Below, piece by piece: positions 59,401 to 64,000 of a DNA stretch of 64,000 bases. The DNA is taken from positions 62,001 through 126,000 of the forward strand of contig NGBS01000590.1 in NCBI GenBank assembly GCA_002245135.1, read 5' to 3'. This stretch comes from Proteromonas lacertae. Taxonomy: Eukaryota. The notes beneath the pieces are model-generated. The model searched no databases and was not told the origin of the DNA. It saw only the letters and a list, made by a program, of their open reading frames with translations. A program made the position numbers and the translations under genes. Within the stretch, counting starts at the first letter, position 1; every line of letters starts with the position of its first letter.

Positions 59401-62400
59401 TTCTCTATGTCCTAATGTTTCTATTGTTTCTTGTATATATGTCTCTGGTTTCTTTAAGCCTTCTGGGAATATCACATCTTCAGGATTCATTTCTAATGGA
59501 TGTAAATTACTAACTGCTTCTTCAACTACATCTAATTTCTTCGTTGATTTTTCACCTTTCTTTTTATCTACAGATTTATTTCTTTTTCCTCCTTTCTTTG
59601 GATCTGGTGAAGTTGATCTTTCTTCTATTACTGGTTCGGCTTCTTCAGCTGGTGGTTCTTGGCCAGGTTCTGGTTCTGGTGGTGGTGGTAATTTCACTGT
59701 TAATTTATCACCTACATTTCTCACTTCAGTTCGGATTATATCATCAACATAATCTGTTGCTTGCATTAAGATTTCTTCTTCTTCTATATATTGTTTATCA
59801 TATTCAACACAATATAACTCTATTGGATCTTTACTTATATTCTTTATTACTAATGGTTGTTCTACTGGTTCTAAATGAGGTTGTATTGGATCAAATTGAA
59901 TTTCTTTGGGGATTATTTCGATATGATAATCATATACTTTTGCTGTTACTTGTAGTTTTACACAACCTGGATTTAATCTAAATACCATTGGAATAAGTAC
60001 ATTCATATCACCAATTTGTGAAGGTGTAAATTCTATTTCTGCATTAAACTTTTTCATACTTGGTAATTTACCTTTCACATCATATATTCTGATCTGAGAA
60101 GCACCTAATCCTTCAGCTTTTTCTTTCTTAAAACTCCAATCAACAGTTACAGGACATTCATTGTATAATGTCACAAACATCACTTTACTTCGACCTAATG
60201 GTAATTCACCAAAATCTAACACATTTGGTATTATTGATAATCGAGGAATACATACATCAGCTCTTAATATTATACGATAAGTTGGTCCTCCTTGTACTTT
60301 GATTGGAATTGCTAAATCATATCTTCCATAAGGTAAATCAGATTTCGCTGTAAAACTAGCTGTAAATGTCACTGTTGAACTTTCTGGTAATCTTTTCACT
60401 TCATCTGGAGTTAATGTATATCCACTCTCTTTTAAAGTTCTTCTTTCTATTCCGAAATTCACTGGTAAATTACCTATGTTAGTTATTGTAAATGTCTTTG
60501 TCTTACTATCAGTTCGAACTACATTACCAAAATCTACTACATAATCAGCTAATGGAAATTCACCTAAATGTAAATTAGATATTTTCTTATTCGCCATTTT
60601 TGTTGTTTTGCCTGTTTTATTACTGATATTTGTTAAACCAGTTTCAGGTCTTGTTGTGGTTTTATCAACTACTCCTTCAGTTTTTGAACCATTTACAGAT
60701 GTTCCATTTATTTCTTTCTCTTTTCGAGCTAAACATAAATCAGCTGGATTTTGACTGTTTATTTCATCTAATAATAAATCAATATAATATAATCTCAATG
60801 CTTCAGATTCTCTATCAACTGTGATTTGTAATACTGTTGTATTCTTTCCTGAAGGTAATTTGTTCGTATTTGTCATCATTTTAGGTGGAGATGGTAATAA
60901 ATTATCATTCTGTTGTGAATTCTTACTTCTTGCAGATACTGATTTTTGACTATCTACTCTTGCAGAAGATTGTTTCTTATTTTCATCATTTTCTTTTTCT
61001 TTACATTTTTCTTCTTCTGTTGTTTCTGTATTTGATGTTGTTGTTGGTTCTTCACTAGGTGGTGCTAATTCTCCTTCTATTTTTGGTTCTGGTGGTAATT
61101 CTTTTACTGCTGGTTTACCAAGTGTTGGTGAATTAACTGGAACTCCATCTACAATTATTGGCTTTTCAGTTTCAACTGGTTTTTCTTTTTCTTTTTCTTC
61201 TTCTGTTGACGGTTGTTCTGGTTGTTGTTGTTGTGTTTCTCCTTCAGTATTTATAATAGTGTTATTATTACTTTCATCTATTGAAGATTCTACTACTTCA
61301 GGTAAAGATGGTTGTTGTTTGATTGGTGATGGTAAAGCTGGGAATGATAATGGATGTTCTGTATTGGATAATTCAATCAATCTATCAGCTTCTTCTAAGT
61401 AATGTTCCCAATTATCTGGTATTACTAATTCAGCATCATTCACTTTAATATTTGCATAAATACCTGTTATATAAAGTGGAAAATCTATTGGAACATAATG
61501 AGCTATTTCTATTACTAATTTCTCTATTACTGAATCTGGAATTCCTACTCTCATTTTAACTGAGATTCTTTGTTGACCATGAGCTGGAATTAATCCATTA
61601 CATGGTGAAACACCAACTAAACCAGGTCGAGATACACTATCAGTTGAGATTTTAAATGGAAAATCTACTGAACCTGTATTAAATATATGAAAATCTCTTT
61701 CTTCTACTTTCATATAAGGAATTCTACCAAAATCAATATTTTGTTTATCCAATCTATAAGATACAACTGAACTTTCACCTTTCATTTTGATATTATAAAC
61801 TGGTCCTCCATCTACATAACATTTACCTAATGCTCTTGATAATACATGTGGTATTCCAGAATATCTCAATTCCATTTCTTCACTTTCACCTGGTTGTAAA
61901 ATACCTTGAATTGGAGTTATTTCAAATACTTCATTGATTGGAGATGTTTGATTTTCAGTTTCATCTATTTCTAATTCCCAATGATAAGGACAAGGAATTG
62001 TTCCACGATTTTCGATTGAAAATAATAAAGTTCTTTGAGAATTATTCAATATACAACCAAAATCAAAATCATTTTGAGATAACCATAAATTGGGAAAGGC
62101 TACATCAGCTACACATGGAATTGAATCTTTCTGAGGATGATCTTCATATCTTATATTCAATATTCCATTTATTTTACATGAGATTTTATCATCTTTATAA
62201 TTTGGATCAAATTCTACTGTCACATTAGTTGATTCATTTGGTTCTAAATGGAATTCATTCATACTTAATAAGAATGGAGCTGCTATACTTATTATCACAT
62301 CTAAACTTAACGTTGATATATTCTTAAATACAACTGTCTTACTTTGAACTTCACATGCAACTCCAGCTTCATATACATATTTAAATTCGATTTTCTCTTC

Positions 62401-64000
62401 AGAACATTGAATTAATGGATTTATAAAGTTCACTTTTACTTCTGTTTTTATTGCTTCATTATTTCTTACTTCTCCATCAAATTTCGTCAAACAAGAAAAC
62501 ATTTCCATCACTTCACAGGGTTTTTCACAACTTCCAGATATTACAAAATTACAAGCTGTATTTGGTTTTAATTCAATTGCATTGGGAGTTATTGTAAATA
62601 TTGCTTCATAAGGTGATGTATCTTTCATTTTCTTTCTTCCAGCTATGGAATTCATTTCACTTTCCATCTTTGATTTATTGGCTTTAAACGCTTTTTCTTT
62701 TTCTACTGCAGTTTGATTTATCCAAGTTAATCTTTGACTTCTTAAACCTCGGTTTTCTAATAAAAATACTCTTTCGATTGTTCTGTTTGTGAATTGATCA
62801 CCAAAATCAATTACATCTACTGGATCTTCACAGAATAATGTTGTTCCTATACCTTTCGCTGTAACTGGAAGAATTACACTATCTCCTTCAGTTACTGCTA
62901 TGTATATTGTATCTTTATATGCTAATACATCTTCCAACATGCAACTAACTACTATCTTTTGAGATTCTCCACTTTGTAATATACCATCAACTATATCAGT
63001 ATTAAAATGAAATCCTCGTTTAAAATCTAATTTATATGGAGCTGGAATTGGAGTTGGATTAGTTATTGTAAATTCTTTTGTATGAGTATCTAAACAAGTT
63101 ATATCACCAAATTTTATATGATTTAAATTTGACTTTATCACTGGTCCAAGTCCATTTGCTTCTAATACTAATACCAATGGTGGATATTGACTGCCAATTA
63201 TTTGAATATATAATGGAATTCTCATATCACCTAATTTCTCAGGGTTTAATTGAACTTGAATCATTTGAGTTGCCATTGGTCCAATTACACCTTTAGCTGG
63301 ATCAGGGAAATAACTACCAATCGATTTACTTCTTTCATCTTGTTCTGTTACTTCAAATCGAGCACTTAAATTGGATTTATTTTTTAATGTTAAAGTTCGA
63401 TAATAAGGATATCTTAAATAACAATCTCCATATTTCAAGGATTCTTCTAATAATTCTACTTCAGCTACTCGACATTCAGCACTTATTGGAATTGTTAATA
63501 ATGCTTCACCTACACTTTCAATATCAATTGCTAAACAATAATCATATACTTTTATTGTCTGAGATATGAAATTGATTTTGATTTTTTCTTCTCCTTCTGG
63601 TAATACTGTTGCTTTTGCTGGAATTATTTCGAATTCTTTATTTAAGAAATTACCATCTTGTGGAACTCGTAAATTGAATTTAAATGGAACAGAGGAAGTA
63701 TTTCTTAATATCAAATCAGTTGAGTTTAAAAACGCATAACTTACAATACCAAAATCTAATTTATTCTTATTGAAGAAGAATGTTGGACCAACTACATGTC
63801 CTTTTATTGTTAATACCACATTATTAGTTGCTCCTTTTAATGCAAATTCAAAATGATCACTAAATTCACCAAGAGTTGAACTTGTATAACATACTTCGAT
63901 TGTTACACTTTCTTCTATATCTAATTCACCTTCTGGTGGAGTAAATATCACATTTGGTTTTCGACATTTATCTATTAATTTATAAGCACATTTGATTGAT
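50494..64000 (-). CDS. HYDIN: HYDIN axonemal central-pair protein (5' end beyond the window)
   Basis: ORF of more than 4485 aa, open to the window edge. Tandem ASH/PapD-like Ig domains (GHVVGPTFFF..LDFG.VSY.F..L.NTS), a central P-loop/adenylate-kinase-like segment (LLLIGPNKSGK), K/P/E-rich linkers and a W.YY.RG end. Confidence 0.92.
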   Translation of the reverse strand, partial: SIKCAYKLIDKCRKPNVIFTPPEGELDIEESVTIEVCYTSSTLGEFSDHFEFALKGATNNVVLTIKGHVVGPTFFFNKNKLDFGIVSYAFLNSTDLILRNTSSVPFKFNLRVPQDGNFLNKEFEIIPAKATVLPEGEEKIKINFISQTIKVYDYCLAIDIESVGEALLTIPISAECRVAEVELLEESLKYGDCYLRYPYYRTLTLKNKSNLSARFEVTEQDERSKSIGSYFPDPAKGVIGPMATQMIQVQLNPEKLGDMRIPLYIQIIGSQYPPLVLVLEANGLGPVIKSNLNHIKFGDITCLDTHTKEFTITNPTPIPAPYKLDFKRGFHFNTDIVDGILQSGESQKIVVSCMLEDVLAYKDTIYIAVTEGDSVILPVTAKGIGTTLFCEDPVDVIDFGDQFTNRTIERVFLLENRGLRSQRLTWINQTAVEKEKAFKANKSKMESEMNSIAGRKKMKDTSPYEAIFTITPNAIELKPNTACNFVISGSCEKPCEVMEMFSCLTKFDGEVRNNEAIKTEVKVNFINPLIQCSEEKIEFKYVYEAGVACEVQSKTVVFKNISTLSLDVIISIAAPFLLSMNEFHLEPNESTNVTVEFDPNYKDDKISCKINGILNIRYEDHPQKDSIPCVADVAFPNLWLSQNDFDFGCILNNSQRTLLFSIENRGTIPCPYHWELEIDETENQTSPINEVFEITPIQGILQPGESEEMELRYSGIPHVLSRALGKCYVDGGPVYNIKMKGESSVVSYRLDKQNIDFGRIPYMKVEERDFHIFNTGSVDFPFKISTDSVSRPGLVGVSPCNGLIPAHGQQRISVKMRVGIPDSVIEKLVIEIAHYVPIDFPLYITGIYANIKVNDAELVIPDNWEHYLEEADRLIELSNTEHPLSFPALPSPIKQQPSLPEVVESSIDESNNNTIINTEGETQQQQPEQPSTEEEKEKEKPVETEKPIIVDGVPVNSPTLGKPAVKELPPEPKIEGELAPPSEEPTTTSNTETTEEEKCKEKENDENKKQSSARVDSQKSVSARSKNSQQNDNLLPSPPKMMTNTNKLPSGKNTTVLQITVDRESEALRLYYIDLLLDEINSQNPADLCLARKEKEINGTSVNGSKTEGVVDKTTTRPETGLTNISNKTGKTTKMANKKISNLHLGEFPLADYVVDFGNVVRTDSKTKTFTITNIGNLPVNFGIERRTLKESGYTLTPDEVKRLPESSTVTFTASFTAKSDLPYGRYDLAIPIKVQGGPTYRIILRADVCIPRLSIIPNVLDFGELPLGRSKVMFVTLYNECPVTVDWSFKKEKAEGLGASQIRIYDVKGKLPSMKKFNAEIEFTPSQIGDMNVLIPMVFRLNPGCVKLQVTAKVYDYHIEIIPKEIQFDPIQPHLEPVEQPLVIKNISKDPIELYCVEYDKQYIEEEEILMQATDYVDDIIRTEVRNVGDKLTVKLPPPPEPEPGQEPPAEEAEPVIEERSTSPDPKKGGKRNKSVDKKKGEKSTKKLDVVEEAVSNLHPLEMNPEDVIFPEGLKKPETYIQETIETLGHRENTRNLLLIGPNKSGKHSVAQKLAEYYEIPMFNISDIFKYAIENKTPMGWILIAKILRREEVIVWESEEPPKKPKKIAPKKPKKGETELPPVYFDGVTIEAVVKEYYDRNELAKGSIVISDTYEYIENVLEGIKGVMSIVGRKEYGGINVLTVDTAADLLVKRMVEEWKINNPEPVVEESTSQLATDGSEALIDGNATTTTTVTTEEPVPVPEPVVVPPVEDDKKKGKKEDKKGKKTPSGKKSPGKKGKKSPSPEPEPEPELPPHRPTDEELVTMFTNEVLNGSYFQMKESMLKLFEECKENAETRIPKPPPPEPTEVVEAVEEKAPEPEPVVEERSTSPDPKKGGKRSKSIDKKGDKNSKKGKKEEPPPPPPPPFGVGLLCDIVNNNGESDIDTMIQEIKETVPLFNTYGDWKVPPPEVFQLVKKPIPRKPLIPTSNYKLIDENNATRWKLEPNQELPLKVTFESLETGKFNYCFHFEIVNKNKTYEVPISGICDYPKINQNPKDIFMKSTKQKNEQQIISKRYIKNKGYYEFGPLLIGKNINMRENNPSLKASNCETIQFSNNGMFSTRVDFSMQNDDGIFTIEPTQIDIEAGETQTVDIWAFPVENIQYTNNLVVCYKDNPSPFMLPFQCTGYMPEIDIKGLMNEEEYEEYCNKQLEEMNARSASRNGGKGVKGGAGGKKTPNAGKKKDNKAKAKKEVPKKPTSAKGNRKSKNSGAVVSNEPIYEVEEIGTYYIDFDRVLINHSDNKVFNLINTGKIPIKFTINPLELENIEEIKINPKTGVLEPNSSCGIQVSYNAIKEFVLEEKPFEILIADNENDKYAGQTQYQKKITVNVKGETYVVKALLVKDAAQAKDDNSTIYNIDYGLIQVCENPKKSIVLENQGKYDIKYNFMCKGKELKHLFKLTPPFGVIMDGDKQEVEFSFKSDYEVNLESNKDIRCRIFDLKNQELISEFPICISVRSVYSKISCLPPGGISFGSLHFDDSKTKELNIKNDGEFPFICKISDINNPIDMSQEAQPSSEPVGKGKKAPPVQKKSLPGKKGDKKEMAAALTVGDFGINPAEFQIEPSSSQKVSITYHAVGNKSALEKLMFNISNIDPNIAKDLTYILTGESVYPSIETENYDSIFEEQTVLNDLSTLDTSQNVSIYSVKDNLFYVGTVIPTSQPDGISQRIRITNIQRIQCSVSFEITPKAGVAPEIFSVSPPTVDIPPHEYQYVTIFFKPQSIGSYEATFNAKVKDSSDAKTGELNFDVRGSSILPSLQIVDPKTRADDGRLMIDFGKIRSGKKKSQKILIENSGVLTAKCHVNMDVSGIFSVRPDAGEVQTLKPKQKVEYTVSFNPRGKKEYELPMSLYVQNNPYEKSEFILKGEGLEEMIGFNGLPNDKDNEMEFYPFYITNNEEDGVEGENNNKDGQSVSFQIENLSDKLIKFQFQDDTPFRFNPSSGHMHPHTTKDVTCTFKTTEALVLEKEELTVEVQEIVLEESKEEGEEVINDWDNSMKTVKYVTKEQYLQLQKQNEEKQKENAKNAKGKKTPAKKAVPPPRSKTPNKGGKGGKNQPKKALPSQMPVYIPPPLYPPLAADVVEPIEVCETIAEPSFKLVNENEEPHVISLYCSIRADAAKYQCECKSINFADTLMYQKREYEFDVLNESETPLDLHWTFDNENGNINSNAEIDEIPIPFKIEPDTISIPPSKSQHFKVLFEPLDDDYYNYTANANIPMLPKEEEPLLIKISGRSMRPLCHFDIPPCDYISRRSDGLFNQDGELGGSLDPDIHVIEIESLGTHVKNTMKFGVENPTGENLGFEFIPVGMPNQAFECVQKTGVLMSGKKQMLQFEFTPTTTGIQEAFYRFNIPSHKVSALFLIAGVVKEPKIFLDPPAVNFNAVLLHRTNTKIIQLVNNDHIPFAYTFDKSQIGSDSPVKIEPSTGSIPPNGSVPIEVTFAPTDELYFSTNISLQIHKKPSKLNLNVKGEGYTLHDKVIVQDGDSVLPNLVISPSETHIMDFGNIFLNETCTKTINFENSGNFPFDYQWSRVNDSNITITPERATVNGSETGQCQIIFHPVGNKRRVEINNLKLEVTLGELKKYRMLLNGYAAAPKVNFSFNKYNFGAVAVLANGVSPRPAVTTLIISNNEAERDITVNCLYQKSQVLEVPFQPTTLSPSQFVEVPIYFTPYEEIEYNENVVFEISGISTQTVEIRGRGSQLHLELVDLRKQVINFGKVEVNSENNKSIEIINRSLCTYNFEVVNESNEGMFGDINCVSISPKGEITIKPKQVISLDINFHPNQRLLAFENHYNVKINGGEALSFFTVKGACQGVDVVIETSLLQFGAVCLGSSVTRKILLSNEGDKRTKFRWNAGQFAPNFSIIPVEGTLLPNTPMSLNITFTPQNLSNDIRCDNLICDIEGSSEPLRLTLSGSCVGQPEAGDKELRFECEVRKENSQIIKLSNPTNDGWFLHPAIQNEVFSGNPSVTVPAKGTVDYTVIFKPTTYNGDGIKLDLSANASRPPSEAGNRKDGKGKKGKKETNAGFNWNNPHKGSLFISLPDGNTVNYNLLGACSLPQPMEIPSNIELETTCKKSFVISLPVYNWMKTAQRFKVELGDLPNNSTFIKVPNVINIPALASRECQLNFLAYKPGATEIMLRFICEESGEYCFYQFTINATNADIMNSYELVTHVRQVAKQTITINNPLPPTAIITSPTPFYKTSNPCVRLSVSKELSGHKDGSYSIEYRPLLAGESECDVTIITNELGEFNYKLKLKALESGYERGYNMSCGLGGKIVEEIKFTSYCPANTEYKCTIEGCKDFTVENVVKVNGSTTWDGIASIAKVSYEPCQIGDVKAILKIDSPQGGLYKYQLFGKCLSPQPLGPYTVGKGKQISVPFKNIFSTTKTFDVYFENPLFTGGSNKQSIPEKKEVQLAVKYAGSKDGKGGKDVLSKMIVSCEDDNSVGPWIYYIRGVETETATGGARKSKTRK

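Noticed and set aside
50811..63569. Many short ORFs overlapping HYDIN (likewise the coiled-coil, BTB and GAPDH genes)
   Set aside because: These are antisense or alternate-frame shadows of biased coding sequence (F/L/S/I-rich) with no recognisable motifs.

Overview
Very AT-rich, gene-dense eukaryotic DNA with many tiny GT-AG introns, mostly 25-45 nt and clustering near 30 nt. An organelle-targeted TPI-GAPDH fusion, two mastigoneme-type EGF proteins, He_PIG-type Ig modules and a legumain array point to an anaerobic gut stramenopile (Blastocystis- or Proteromonas-like Opalinata); this is an inference. Housekeeping genes: UXT-like prefoldin, a TBC Rab-GAP, CenH3, focadhesin/RST1, TPI-GAPDH and MnmE. 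Tandem arrays: legumain x3, MFS x2 and a torsin-like membrane protein x2, all with patchy identity suggestive of gene conversion. Flagellum-associated genes: HYDIN (over 13.4 kb without a needed intron, running off the window end), two mastigoneme-family genes and an IFTAP-like motif protein. A giant coiled-coil gene is built from 41-aa repeats with phase-1 introns at repeat boundaries. Two dispersed, fast-turnover families are present: BTB-BACK/Ig/SPRY (3 copies plus a relic) and pseudokinase-LRR (2 broken copies). Several single-base frameshifts, mostly a missing A in an A-run, are probably assembly errors. All calls come from reading the sequence and recalling motifs; no database searches were run.
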